The position numbers were made by a program, and so were the translations under genes. From Vibrio alginolyticus NBRC 15630 = ATCC 17749 (GTDB taxonomy: Bacteria; Pseudomonadota; Gammaproteobacteria; Enterobacterales; Vibrionaceae), in assembly GCF_000354175.2 (NCBI RefSeq), contig NC_022349.1:2100001-2132000 (forward strand): DNA of 32,000 nt, in the 5' to 3' direction. Of this stretch, positions 19,068-28,936 are shown one piece after another. The stretch's first letter is position 1, and each line of letters opens with the position of its first letter. The notes below the pieces were generated by a model. The model worked only from the letters and a program-made list of their open reading frames with translations. It was not told where the DNA came from and searched no databases.

Positions 19068-20894
19068 ATGCCTGACAAATTTAACATGCAATCTCCACCG
19101 TTCGATCGCTTAACTGAAGCACAACAAACGCGACTGCGATCCTCTCTGGACGTCGCCTACTATCGAGCTCGAGATGTTATTTTATCCTGCGGACAGAAGA
19201 ACCCCCACTTACATATTCTGATCAAAGGCGCGGTAGAAGAGCGCTCCAACGATCAACAGGAAGTGTTCGCACATTATGCCAACGACGATATGTTCGATGT
19301 ACGCTCGTTACTTGAAGACAAGGTACGTCATCACTACATCGCGCTTGAGGACACGCTCTCTTACCTACTGCCGAAAGAAATTTTCCTTGCCCTTTACAAC
19401 GAAAATGGCCAGTTTGCAGCCTATTTCGATAACAATTTATCGAAACGGCAAGAGCTCATCGAAGCGGCCCATCAACAGCAAAACTTAGCGGAGTTTATTC
19501 TCACTAAAGTTGACCGCAGCATTTATCACCCACCGATGATCCTTGAACCAAATACACCAATTAACGAGGTAACACGTTCCTTAAAAGAAAATGGGATTGA
19601 CGCTGCATTGGTTCAACTCCATGGCGATGATCCACGATTGGAAAAATGGCCATCAGCCCACCCGTACGCAATAGTGACTCGTACTAATATGCTGCATTCT
19701 GTGATGATAGATGGTTGCGCGCTCGACACACCAGTGGGTGAGATCGCGAGCTTTCCTGTTTATCACGTTGATGATGGAGACTTTCTATTCAACGCCATGA
19801 TCACAATGACCAGAAATAGAATGAAACGCCTCATGGTATGTGAAGGCAACAGAGCTGTCGGCATGCTGGATATGACCCAAATTCTCAGCGCATTCTCAAC
19901 CCACTCTCACGTGTTAACGCTCAGTATTGCTCGAGCAAGCAGCGTGGAAGAGCTCGCTTTGGCCTCAAACCGCCAACGTCAATTGGTCGAGAGCTTATTG
20001 AAAAACGGCATCCGCACTCGCTTCATCATGGAGCTTATCTCAGCCGTAAACGAACAAATTATCGAGAAAGCGTTCGAGTTAGTGATACCACCAGCCTTGC
20101 ACGACCATTGTTGCTTGATCGTACTCGGCTCTGAAGGCCGAGGAGAGCAAATTCTCAAAACTGATCAAGACAATGCCCTGATTATTCAAGATGGTCTGGA
20201 ATGGCCTCATTGCGAACAAGTGATGCAATCCTTCACACACACCCTACAACAGCTCGGTTATCCACTTTGCCTTGGCAAAGTGATGGTTAACAACCCGAAG
20301 TGGGTCAAAACACAGCAAGAATGGATAAGCACCCTAAACCACTGGATAGCTAAAGCCGAACCAGAACAAATCATGGACTTAGCCATTTTCAGTGACGCCC
20401 ATGCTGTTGCTGGGAATTGCGAGCTGCTGGCTCCAATTGCGGCGCATCTTCGTGACACAATGAAAGATCGCATGTTGATATTGTCTGATTTTACTCGCCC
20501 TGCCTTGCAGTTTTCTGTGCCCCTAACTCTATTTGGCAACGTAAAAAGTGCTAAAGACGGATTGGACATTAAACGCGGCGGTATTTTCCCAATTGTACAC
20601 GGCATTCGCACCTTGTCTTTGGAATATGCCATTGAGGAGAAGAACACGTTTGAGCGCATTGAAGCTCTGAGAAATAAGCGCATCTTAGAATCCGAAACGG
20701 CAGATAATCTCAACGAAGCACTGAAATTGTTCTTTAAACTTCGCCTCAATCAGCAACTCAAAAAGCAAGAAGCGTTGAATAACATTGATATTAAACAACT
20801 GGATAGAACTGAGCGTGATTTGCTTCGCCACAGCTTACATGTGGTGAAGAAATTTAAGCAATTTTTAGGCTTCCATTATCAAATTCGTGATTAA
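19068..20894 (+). CDS. cNMP-binding-like / CBS-pair / DUF294 putative nucleotidyltransferase (GlnD-like pol-beta NTase fold) with DUF294_C
   Basis: 608 aa from ATG 19068; ATG 19086 is an alternative. It has an N-terminal cNMP-binding-like region and two CBS-like motifs (ILEPNTPINEVTRSLKENGIDAALV; DFLFNAMITMTRNRMKRLMV...VGMLDMTQIL). The NTase motif LGSEGRGEQILKTDQDNALII (GS-x10-DxD) is present. The architecture is recognised from memory of DUF294 proteins. Confidence 0.8.
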   Translation: MPDKFNMQSPPFDRLTEAQQTRLRSSLDVAYYRARDVILSCGQKNPHLHILIKGAVEERSNDQQEVFAHYANDDMFDVRSLLEDKVRHHYIALEDTLSYLLPKEIFLALYNENGQFAAYFDNNLSKRQELIEAAHQQQNLAEFILTKVDRSIYHPPMILEPNTPINEVTRSLKENGIDAALVQLHGDDPRLEKWPSAHPYAIVTRTNMLHSVMIDGCALDTPVGEIASFPVYHVDDGDFLFNAMITMTRNRMKRLMVCEGNRAVGMLDMTQILSAFSTHSHVLTLSIARASSVEELALASNRQRQLVESLLKNGIRTRFIMELISAVNEQIIEKAFELVIPPALHDHCCLIVLGSEGRGEQILKTDQDNALIIQDGLEWPHCEQVMQSFTHTLQQLGYPLCLGKVMVNNPKWVKTQQEWISTLNHWIAKAEPEQIMDLAIFSDAHAVAGNCELLAPIAAHLRDTMKDRMLILSDFTRPALQFSVPLTLFGNVKSAKDGLDIKRGGIFPIVHGIRTLSLEYAIEEKNTFERIEALRNKRILESETADNLNEALKLFFKLRLNQQLKKQEALNNIDIKQLDRTERDLLRHSLHVVKKFKQFLGFHYQIRD

Positions 20895-20927
20895 CCCTGA
20901 TTTTCATAAATCACAGAGGCGTAAGCA

Positions 20928-21557
20928 ATGAACTGGTTACAACGCAAATACTGGCATTACAAATTGAAAGGCTCGCCTTATCAGTCGCTGTTTTGCACGC
21001 CAGATAAAACAGAATACGTCTCTCTTGACTGCGAAACCACCAGCCTTGACCCAAATCGCGCCGAGCTGGTGACTATTGCAGCCACCAAGATCATCGACAA
21101 CCGCATCATCACCAGTCAACCATTTGAAGTCCGCTTACGCGCGCCGCAATCGCTCGACTCTGGCTCGGTCAAGATCCATCGAATTCGCCACCAAGACTTA
21201 GTCGATGGCATCAGTGAAAAAGAGGCGCTGCTCGAGCTGCTCGACTTTATCGGCAACCGACCACTTGTGGGCTATCACATTCGTTACGATAAAAAGATCT
21301 TAGACCTTGCTTGTCTGAGGCAACTTGGCTTCCCACTTCCTAACCCACTCATCGAGGTCAGTCAGATTTATCACGATAAGTTGGAACGACATTTGCCGAA
21401 TGCCTATTTCGACTTAAGTCTGGATGCCATTTGTAAACACCTCGAACTTCCTATCCAAGACAAACACGACGCCTTGCAAGACGCGATTTCTGCCGCTTTG
21501 GTCTTTGTCCGCTTAACGAAAGGCGATTTACCCAACCTAACCGCACCGTATACATAA
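20928..21557 (+). CDS. DEDDh 3'-5' exonuclease, DnaQ/epsilon-like
   Basis: 209 aa carrying ExoI VSLDCETTSLD, ExoII VGYHIRYDKKIL and ExoIII HDALQDA (H-x4-D). It starts 33 nt after the DUF294 stop, so it is probably in the same operon. Confidence 0.85.
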   Translation: MNWLQRKYWHYKLKGSPYQSLFCTPDKTEYVSLDCETTSLDPNRAELVTIAATKIIDNRIITSQPFEVRLRAPQSLDSGSVKIHRIRHQDLVDGISEKEALLELLDFIGNRPLVGYHIRYDKKILDLACLRQLGFPLPNPLIEVSQIYHDKLERHLPNAYFDLSLDAICKHLELPIQDKHDALQDAISAALVFVRLTKGDLPNLTAPYT

Positions 21558-21794
21558 AAATCAGTTGACCTAGCTCCCAGAAATACTTTTGTTTCAGCGA
21601 TTTCCCGGCGCTTCTATCACTCTCATCCTAAAGTCTAATTGTGGAAATACGCGCGGTGACTGACAGTTATAAGCACAACGTCGTCATTACCACGACCAAG
21701 TTATTTAGAACCAAAAAACAGCCCTACAAAAATATATTCAAAATCTTATCTAGATTGGTGTAAGGCCGAGAAATAAGGCACAAGGAGAGAAGCC

Positions 21795-23747
21795 ATGAGC
21801 GAAGCCCACGTTTATCCGGTAAAAGAAAATATTAAAACTCATACACACGCGGATAATGATACTTACTTAGCCATGTATCAGCAGTCGGTAACCGATCCAG
21901 AGGGCTTCTGGAACGAACACGGCAAAATCGTTGATTGGATCAAACCTTTCACCAAAGTAAAAAGCACTTCTTTCGACACTGGCCATGTTGATATTCGCTG
22001 GTTTGAAGATGGCACACTGAACGTCTCGGCTAACTGTATTGACCGTCATCTTGCAGAACACGGGGATGACGTCGCCATCATTTGGGAAGGCGATGATCCA
22101 GCCGACGACAAAACACTCACTTTCAACGAACTGCACAAAGAAGTGTGTAAATTCTCCAACGCATTGAAAGAGCAAGGCGTACGCAAGGGCGACGTGGTGT
22201 GTCTATACATGCCAATGGTGCCAGAAGCTGCAGTGGCTATGCTCGCTTGTACCCGTATTGGTGCGGTTCACACCGTAGTATTTGGCGGTTTCTCACCAGA
22301 AGCGCTATCCGGCCGTATCATCGACTCTGACGCTAAAGTCGTGATCACCGCAGACGAAGGCGTACGTGGCGGACGCGCTGTTCCACTGAAAAAGAACGTG
22401 GATGAAGCACTAACCAACCCAGACGTAAAAACCATCAATAAAGTCGTCGTGCTTAAACGTACAGGTGGTGATGTTGAATGGCATGAACACCGTGATGTTT
22501 GGTGGCACGAAGCAACAGCCAACGTTTCTGACGTTTGCCCACCAGAAGAGATGAAAGCCGAAGACCCGCTGTTCATCCTCTACACATCTGGCTCGACAGG
22601 TAAACCTAAAGGCGTACTACATACTACAGGCGGTTACCTCGTCTACGCGGCAATGACCTTTAAATATGTCTTCGATTATCAACCAGGAGAAACCTTCTGG
22701 TGTACCGCGGATGTGGGCTGGATTACAGGCCATACTTACCTAATTTATGGTCCACTAGCGAACGGGGCCAAAACCATTCTGTTTGAAGGTGTTCCAAACT
22801 ACCCAAGCACGGCTCGTATGAGTGAAGTGGTTGATAAGCACCAAGTGAACATTCTCTACACTGCGCCAACCGCTATTCGTGCACTAATGGCAAAAGGTAA
22901 CGAAGCGGTAGCAGGGACATCTCGTTCAAGCTTACGTGTGATGGGTTCAGTAGGTGAACCTATCAACCCTGAAGCGTGGGAGTGGTACTACAAAACGATT
23001 GGTAACGAGAGCTCGCCTATCGTTGATACTTGGTGGCAAACAGAGACCGGCGGTATCTTAATTGCACCACTACCAGGCGCAACAGATTTAAAACCAGGCT
23101 CAGCAACTCGACCATTCTTCGGAGTCCAACCTGCACTGGTTGATAACATGGGCAACATCATTGAAGAAACCGCAGCAGAAGGTAACTTGGTGATCCTTGA
23201 TTCATGGCCAGGTCAGATGCGTACTGTTTATGGCGACCACGAGCGCTTTGAACAGACCTACTTCTCAACCTTTAAGGGAATGTACTTTACTAGTGATGGG
23301 GCTCGTCGTGACGAAGACGGTTACTACTGGATCACGGGCCGTGTTGATGACGTACTAAACGTGTCGGGTCACCGCATGGGTACCGCTGAAATAGAATCGG
23401 CTCTTGTCGCACATCATAAAATTGCTGAGGCCGCTATTGTGGGCATTCCGCATGATATCAAAGGCCAAGCTATCTACGCTTACATTACCTTGAACGATGG
23501 TGAATTCCCGTCAGCAGAGCTACACAAAGAAGTGAAAGATTGGGTGCGTAAAGAAATTGGTCCAATTGCAACACCAGATGTACTGCACTGGACGGATTCC
23601 TTACCGAAGACTCGTTCTGGTAAGATCATGCGTCGAATCCTGCGTAAAATTGCAACGGGTGATACTAGCAACCTCGGAGACACATCAACGCTTGCCGATC
23701 CGAGCGTTGTAGATAAACTTATCGCAGAGAAAGCAGAATTGGCATAA
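21795..23747 (+). CDS. acs: Acetyl-CoA synthetase (AMP-forming)
   Basis: 650 aa with the AMP-binding motif [12 protein letters not shown], plus WWQTETGG and the C-terminal [23 protein letters not shown] precedes the ATG. Confidence 0.97.
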   Translation: MSEAHVYPVKENIKTHTHADNDTYLAMYQQSVTDPEGFWNEHGKIVDWIKPFTKVKSTSFDTGHVDIRWFEDGTLNVSANCIDRHLAEHGDDVAIIWEGDDPADDKTLTFNELHKEVCKFSNALKEQGVRKGDVVCLYMPMVPEAAVAMLACTRIGAVHTVVFGGFSPEALSGRIIDSDAKVVITADEGVRGGRAVPLKKNVDEALTNPDVKTINKVVVLKRTGGDVEWHEHRDVWWHEATANVSDVCPPEEMKAEDPLFILYTSGSTGKPKGVLHTTGGYLVYAAMTFKYVFDYQPGETFWCTADVGWITGHTYLIYGPLANGAKTILFEGVPNYPSTARMSEVVDKHQVNILYTAPTAIRALMAKGNEAVAGTSRSSLRVMGSVGEPINPEAWEWYYKTIGNESSPIVDTWWQTETGGILIAPLPGATDLKPGSATRPFFGVQPALVDNMGNIIEETAAEGNLVILDSWPGQMRTVYGDHERFEQTYFSTFKGMYFTSDGARRDEDGYYWITGRVDDVLNVSGHRMGTAEIESALVAHHKIAEAAIVGIPHDIKGQAIYAYITLNDGEFPSAELHKEVKDWVRKEIGPIATPDVLHWTDSLPKTRSGKIMRRILRKIATGDTSNLGDTSTLADPSVVDKLIAEKAELA

Positions 23748-23779
23748 ATTCAACCAACTGTTTTAAAAGCACTTTAAAA

Positions 23780-23806
23780 ACCGCCATCACTCATGGCGGT
23801 TTTTTG
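23780..23806 (+). terminator. Rho-independent terminator after acs
   Basis: Stem ACCGCCAT / ATGGCGGT with loop CACTC, followed by TTTTTG. Confidence 0.85.
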
Positions 23807-24050
23807 CTTTAGTGCACAAATTGGCCACACAAAAAATATGGCAATTATGTTGTTTTTGTTAACTTGGTTACAGAAACGAGAGTGGCTATTAGGAGATTAG
23901 ACCAGTAAATTGCTGCTAATTGCTATGAATTAGCTATAATCTTGGTCGATTTTTTAAAATTTGCTCGGTTTTAACAAAAAAATCGTGCTGAACTATCGTA
24001 TATTTGGGAATATAAACGTTCCACTCACGATAAGGGAAGATAGCAACACA

Positions 24051-24500
24051 ATGTCTGCAAAGTCACGGATTCTTGTTCTAAACGGACCAAATCTTAATCT
24101 ATTGGGTCTGCGCGAACCGACACACTATGGTCACAGTACCTTAGCTCAAGTTGTGGATACTCTTACAGAGCAAGCCCATAACGCTGGGGTAGAACTGGAA
24201 CACCTACAATCAAATCGTGAGTACGAACTGATTGAAGCCATTCACGCTGCCTATGGCAAGATTGACTTCATCATCATCAATCCAGCGGCTTTCACTCATA
24301 CTAGTGTGGCGCTGCGAGATGCATTACTTGGCGTCGCCATCCCATTTATTGAGGTGCACTTATCAAATGTGCACGCACGTGAACCATTCCGTCATCACTC
24401 TTACCTGTCAGATAAAGCAGAGGGTGTGATTTGCGGTTTAGGCGCACAAGGTTATGAATTTGCTCTGTCTGCAGCGATCAATAAGCTACAGGCAAAGTAA
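24051..24500 (+). CDS. aroQ: Type II 3-dehydroquinate dehydratase
   Basis: 149 aa from ATG 24051 with SD AAGGGAAG upstream. Motifs [35 protein letters not shown] and [18 protein letters not shown] are present. The track start 23961 adds 30 unsupported residues. Confidence 0.95.
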   Translation: MSAKSRILVLNGPNLNLLGLREPTHYGHSTLAQVVDTLTEQAHNAGVELEHLQSNREYELIEAIHAAYGKIDFIIINPAAFTHTSVALRDALLGVAIPFIEVHLSNVHAREPFRHHSYLSDKAEGVICGLGAQGYEFALSAAINKLQAK

Positions 24501-24561
24501 CCCTAACACTCTGCAACCCTACGAGGGTTGTCTTAATCACAAGATAAAAGAGAAAGAAAAG

Positions 24562-25023
24562 ATGGATATTCGTAAAATCAAGAAGCTAATTGAGTTAGTT
24601 GAAGAGTCTGGCATTGCTGAGCTAGAGATCTCTGAAGGTGAAGAGTCAGTGCGCATCAGCCGTCATGGCACTGCAGCCCCTCAAGCACCAATTCACTACG
24701 CAGCAGCTCCAGCGGCGGCACCTGCTCCAGTAGCAGCGGCACCAGTAGCGGAAGCGCCAGCAGCAGAAGCTCCAGCAGCAACACCTGCAGGTCACCAAGT
24801 TCTTTCTCCAATGGTTGGTACTTTCTACCGCTCTCCAAGCCCAGACTCTAAAGCATTCGTAGAAGTGGGTCAGAAAGTAAATGCTGGCGATACTCTATGT
24901 ATTGTTGAAGCAATGAAAATGATGAACCAAATCGAAGCGGACAAATCTGGCGTTGTTACAGCAATCCTAGCTGAAGACGGCCAACCAGTTGAATTCGACC
25001 AACCTCTTGTTGTAATCGAATAA
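24562..25023 (+). CDS. accB: Biotin carboxyl carrier protein of acetyl-CoA carboxylase
   Basis: 153 aa from ATG 24562 ([34 protein letters not shown]). It has an Ala/Pro-rich hinge and the biotinylation motif [10 protein letters not shown]. Confidence 0.96.
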   Translation: MDIRKIKKLIELVEESGIAELEISEGEESVRISRHGTAAPQAPIHYAAAPAAAPAPVAAAPVAEAPAAEAPAATPAGHQVLSPMVGTFYRSPSPDSKAFVEVGQKVNAGDTLCIVEAMKMMNQIEADKSGVVTAILAEDGQPVEFDQPLVVIE

Positions 25024-25037
25024 GCGGGGCTTGCCTT

Positions 25038-26381
25038 ATGCTAGACAAAGTAGTCATCGCGAACCGAGGTGAAATTGCACTTCGTATTCTTCGCGCTTGT
25101 AAAGAATTAGGTATTAAGACCGTCGCTGTTCACTCAACAGCGGACCGCGATCTTAAGCACGTACTACTCGCAGACGAAACCGTATGTATCGGCCCTGCTC
25201 GTGGTATCGACAGCTACCTAAACATTCCACGCATCATTTCTGCAGCAGAAGTGACTGGTGCTGTGGCTATCCACCCAGGTTACGGCTTCCTGTCTGAGAA
25301 CGCAGACTTCGCAGAGCAAGTTGAGCGCAGTGGTTTCATCTTCGTTGGTCCAAAGGCAGACACTATCCGCCTAATGGGCGATAAAGTATCTGCTATCAAT
25401 GCAATGAAGAAAGCAGGCGTTCCTTGTGTACCGGGTTCTGACGGCCCTCTAGACAATGACGAAGAGAAAAACAAAGCATTTGCTAAGCGCATTGGTTACC
25501 CAGTAATCATCAAAGCATCTGGCGGCGGCGGCGGTCGTGGTATGCGTGTTGTTCGCGCAGAGAAAGACCTTATCCAAGCCATTGCAATGACACGTGCTGA
25601 AGCAAAAGCGGCGTTCAACAATGACATGGTTTACATGGAGAAATTCCTAGAAAACCCTCGTCACGTTGAAGTTCAGGTTATTGCTGACGGTCAAGGCGGC
25701 GCAATCCACCTTGGTGAGCGTGACTGTTCAATGCAACGTCGTCACCAAAAAGTAGTGGAAGAAGCTCCAGCACCTGGTATCACCGAAGAAATGCGTAAGT
25801 ACATCGGTGAACGCTGTACTCGTGCATGTATCGAGATCGGTTACCGCGGCGCAGGTACGTTTGAATTCCTATACGAGAACGGTGAGTTCTACTTCATCGA
25901 AATGAACACTCGTATTCAGGTAGAGCACCCAGTAACAGAGATGGTTACTGGCATCGACCTAATCAAAGAACAGCTTCGTGTTGCAGCGGGTCAGCCTCTG
26001 TCATTCACTCAAGATGATATTAAGATCCGTGGCCATGCGATTGAGTGTCGTATCAACGCAGAAGACCCTGAGCGCTTCCTACCATCTCCGGGTAAGATCG
26101 AGCGTTTCCACGCTCCTGGCGGTATGGGTGTACGTTGGGAATCTCATATCTACACAGGCTACACAGTACCACCTCATTACGATTCAATGATTGGTAAACT
26201 GATCACTTACGGTGAGAACCGTGATGTAGCGATTGCACGTATGAAAAACGCACTGGGTGAGATGATCATCGAAGGCATCAAAACTAACGTGCCACTGCAA
26301 TTCTCCATTATGAATGACGAAAACTTCCAACACGGTGGTGCAAACATCCACTACCTAGAGAAGAAGCTTGGCTTACAATAA
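25038..26381 (+). CDS. accC: Biotin carboxylase subunit of acetyl-CoA carboxylase
   Basis: 447 aa with an ATP-grasp fold. Motifs [34 protein letters not shown] and [14 protein letters not shown] are present. It lies immediately downstream of accB. Confidence 0.97.
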   Translation: MLDKVVIANRGEIALRILRACKELGIKTVAVHSTADRDLKHVLLADETVCIGPARGIDSYLNIPRIISAAEVTGAVAIHPGYGFLSENADFAEQVERSGFIFVGPKADTIRLMGDKVSAINAMKKAGVPCVPGSDGPLDNDEEKNKAFAKRIGYPVIIKASGGGGGRGMRVVRAEKDLIQAIAMTRAEAKAAFNNDMVYMEKFLENPRHVEVQVIADGQGGAIHLGERDCSMQRRHQKVVEEAPAPGITEEMRKYIGERCTRACIEIGYRGAGTFEFLYENGEFYFIEMNTRIQVEHPVTEMVTGIDLIKEQLRVAAGQPLSFTQDDIKIRGHAIECRINAEDPERFLPSPGKIERFHAPGGMGVRWESHIYTGYTVPPHYDSMIGKLITYGENRDVAIARMKNALGEMIIEGIKTNVPLQFSIMNDENFQHGGANIHYLEKKLGLQ

Positions 26382-26403
26382 GCCTAAGCAAACGTCTTAA
26401 AAA

Positions 26404-26432
26404 ATGCCCACTCCCGTGGGCATTTTTGTTTT
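26404..26432 (+). terminator. Rho-independent terminator after accC
   Basis: Stem ATGCCCAC / GTGGGCAT with loop TCCC, followed by TTTTGTTTT. Confidence 0.88.
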
Positions 26433-26546
26433 ATATGTACGCAAAGGGCTCAACATATAAATCGGCTTATTTGGGTATATACTCAAACAAATCGTAGAGT
26501 TCTGGTAAACTCTGCGCCACTTCATTCACTTTAAGAGCAAAAACCA

Positions 26547-27434
26547 ATGCCTTGGATTCAAATCAAACTCAACGCGACCAATGAAAACGCTGAGCAAATC
26601 GGCGATATGCTAATGGAAGAGACTGGCGCGCTGTCTGTTACATTCTTAGACGCGCAGGATACACCTGTATTCGAACCTCTACCTGGCGAAACTCGCTTAT
26701 GGGGCGATACTGATATTCTGGCACTGTATGATGCAGAAGCAGACACTAACTTCATCATCGACCAAATTAAAGCGAGCAATATGCTGGCTGACAATTTTGC
26801 TTACAAAGTAGAACAGCTTGAAGATAAAGACTGGGAACGCGAATGGATGGAAAACTTCCACCCAATGAAATTTGGTGAACGCCTATGGATTTGCCCAAGC
26901 TGGCGCGACATTCCAGATCCTGACGCTGTTAATGTTATGTTGGATCCAGGCCTTGCATTCGGTACGGGTACTCACCCTACAACAGCACTTTGTCTTGAGT
27001 GGCTAGAAAGCATGGACTTAAGCGGTAAGACCGTTATCGACTTCGGTTGTGGCTCAGGTATTCTTGCGATCGCAGCGATCAAACTGGGCGCTGAAAAAGT
27101 GATAGGGATCGACATTGATCCTCAAGCCCTGCTTGCTTCAAAAGACAATGCTGAGCGTAATGGCGTTGCAGACAAACTAGAAGTTTACTTACCGCAAAAT
27201 CAACCAGAAGGTCTCGTCGCTGACGTCGTTGTGGCCAACATCCTTGCGGGACCTTTACGTGAACTTGCACCTATCATCAAAGGACTAGTTAAGCCAAATG
27301 GCGACCTCGCTATGTCCGGCGTATTAGACACTCAAGCTGAAGATGTTGCGAACTATTACCGTGACGAGCTTCACATTGACCCGATTGTTGAGCAAAGTGA
27401 ATGGTGTCGCATCTCTGGTCGTAAGCAAGGCTAG
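26547..27434 (+). CDS. prmA: Ribosomal protein L11 methyltransferase
   Basis: 295 aa starting MPWIQIKL. The SAM-binding motif [15 protein letters not shown] and the motif [14 protein letters not shown] are present. The conserved accBC-prmA-dusB-fis order is kept. Confidence 0.95.
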   Translation: MPWIQIKLNATNENAEQIGDMLMEETGALSVTFLDAQDTPVFEPLPGETRLWGDTDILALYDAEADTNFIIDQIKASNMLADNFAYKVEQLEDKDWEREWMENFHPMKFGERLWICPSWRDIPDPDAVNVMLDPGLAFGTGTHPTTALCLEWLESMDLSGKTVIDFGCGSGILAIAAIKLGAEKVIGIDIDPQALLASKDNAERNGVADKLEVYLPQNQPEGLVADVVVANILAGPLRELAPIIKGLVKPNGDLAMSGVLDTQAEDVANYYRDELHIDPIVEQSEWCRISGRKQG

Positions 27435-27509
27435 ACAAGGTTTTCAGAGCTAATTGTTTGAAATTAATACAGTTTACAAAAACAATTTGTAAATGCTCAA
27501 ATATTAGTC

Positions 27510-27545
27510 TTTTCACGCAGTGAAAAAATGCGTAAAATGCGCGCC
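27510..27545 (+). promoter_or_regulatory. Probable dusB-fis promoter with GC-rich discriminator
   Basis: -35 TTTTCA (27510-27515), a 17-bp spacer, -10 TAAAAT (27533-27538), then GCGCGCCC. This layout resembles the stringently controlled E. coli fis promoter. An AT-rich region lies upstream. Confidence 0.5.
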
Positions 27546-27573
27546 CTTGCTGGTACAGAACTGTGATGACGTT

Positions 27574-28542
27574 TTGAAAATCGGAAACTATCAACTTAAG
27601 AACAATCTAATCGTAGCCCCTATGGCTGGTGTAACGGATAGACCGTTTCGCGAGTTGTGTCTTCGCTATGGTGCGGGAATGGCCGTCAGTGAAATGATGT
27701 CTGCTAACCCAAAACTATGGGGAACGTCAAAGTCGAAACAGCGCATGGTACACGAGGGCGAATCGGGCATTCGCTCTGTACAGATTGCGGGTTCCGATCC
27801 ACAGCTTATGGCGGACGCAGCTCAATTCAGTGTTGAGAACGGTGCACAAATCATCGACATCAACATGGGCTGCCCGGCAAAAAAAGTGAATAAGAAGCTA
27901 GCGGGCTCTGCTCTGCTTCAATACCCAAACATTATCGAAGAGATTTTGAAAGCGGTCGTGAATGCAGTGGACGTTCCTGTAACGTTAAAGACTCGAACTG
28001 GCTGGGATACAGACAACAAGAACTGTGTCCAGATCGCTAAATTAGCCGAAAACTGCGGCATACAAGCTCTTGCTCTGCATGGCAGAACGAAAGCATGTAT
28101 GTACAAAGGTGAGGCCGAATATGACAGCATTAAAGCGGTAAAAGAGGCGATTTCAATTCCGGTTATCGCGAACGGTGATATCGATAGCCCGGAGAAAGCC
28201 AAATTTGTACTGGAGTACACCGGTGCGGACGCTTTAATGATTGGACGCCCTGCCCAGGGTCGTCCTTGGATTTTCCAGGAAATCCATCACTATTTGGAAA
28301 ACGGCACCACAATGGAGGAACTTCCAACTGAGGAAGTGAAAACCATTATGCTTGGTCATGTAAATGCTCTGCATGAGTTTTATGGGGAGTTCTTAGGTCC
28401 ACGTATCGCGCGCAAGCACGTTGGGTGGTACCTGAAAGAGCATGAACAGGCAAGTGAGTTTCGCCGTACCTTCAACGCTATCGACGCAGCTCCGCTGCAA
28501 ATTGAGGCGTTAGAAGGTTATTTTGATAACGTTGCATCATAA
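27574..28542 (+). CDS. dusB: tRNA-dihydrouridine synthase B
   Basis: 322 aa if started at TTG 27574, giving (M)[25 protein letters not shown], which aligns with residue 1 of remembered E. coli DusB ([26 protein letters not shown]). The track GTG 27520 would overlap the predicted -10 element. Confidence 0.9.
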   Translation: MKIGNYQLKNNLIVAPMAGVTDRPFRELCLRYGAGMAVSEMMSANPKLWGTSKSKQRMVHEGESGIRSVQIAGSDPQLMADAAQFSVENGAQIIDINMGCPAKKVNKKLAGSALLQYPNIIEEILKAVVNAVDVPVTLKTRTGWDTDNKNCVQIAKLAENCGIQALALHGRTKACMYKGEAEYDSIKAVKEAISIPVIANGDIDSPEKAKFVLEYTGADALMIGRPAQGRPWIFQEIHHYLENGTTMEELPTEEVKTIMLGHVNALHEFYGEFLGPRIARKHVGWYLKEHEQASEFRRTFNAIDAAPLQIEALEGYFDNVAS

Positions 28543-28565
28543 TTAAGAGAAGAGCTAGACCGAAT

Positions 28566-28862
28566 ATGTTCGAACAAAATCTGACTTCAGAAGCATTAAC
28601 AGTAACTACAGTAACGTCACAAGACCAGATTACTCAGAAGCCTTTACGTGACTCTGTTAAAGCGTCTCTTAAAAACTACCTTGCTCAACTAAACGGCCAG
28701 GAAGTAACAGAACTATACGAATTAGTTCTAGCTGAAGTTGAACAGCCACTACTAGATACTATCATGCAGTACACTCGCGGTAACCAAACTCGCGCAGCAA
28801 CTATGATGGGTATCAACCGCGGTACTCTTCGCAAGAAACTTAAGAAATACGGCATGAACTAA
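28566..28862 (+). CDS. fis: Nucleoid-associated DNA-binding protein Fis
   Basis: 98 aa. The C-terminal [26 protein letters not shown] is essentially identical to enterobacterial Fis. Confidence 0.98.
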   Translation: MFEQNLTSEALTVTTVTSQDQITQKPLRDSVKASLKNYLAQLNGQEVTELYELVLAEVEQPLLDTIMQYTRGNQTRAATMMGINRGTLRKKLKKYGMN

Positions 28863-28889
28863 GACCGTTTTTCAAAAAGTATTTGGAAC

Positions 28890-28925
28890 AAGCCGTTACC
28901 TTTTTAGGTAACGGCTTTTCTTTAT
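28890..28925. terminator. Rho-independent terminator between convergent fis and MFS gene
   Basis: Stem AAGCCGTTACC / GGTAACGGCTT (11 bp) with loop TTTTTA, followed by TTCTTTAT on +. The U-run on - is weaker. Confidence 0.85.
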
Positions 28926-28936
28926 CTACTAAAACA

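Noticed and set aside
20258-20749. 163-aa - strand ORF inside the DUF294 gene, and similar antisense ORFs in aspA, dcuA, dsbD, nhaP2, the symporter, fumC, acs, accC, prmA, dusB and the MFS gene
   Set aside because: All overlap confidently called genes on the opposite strand or in another frame and have no independent support.
24673-24795. Repetitive GCAGC/CCAGC-rich DNA in accB
   Set aside because: It encodes the well-known Ala/Pro-rich flexible hinge of BCCP (AAPQAP...[30 protein letters not shown]). It is a protein-level low-complexity linker, not a DNA repeat element.
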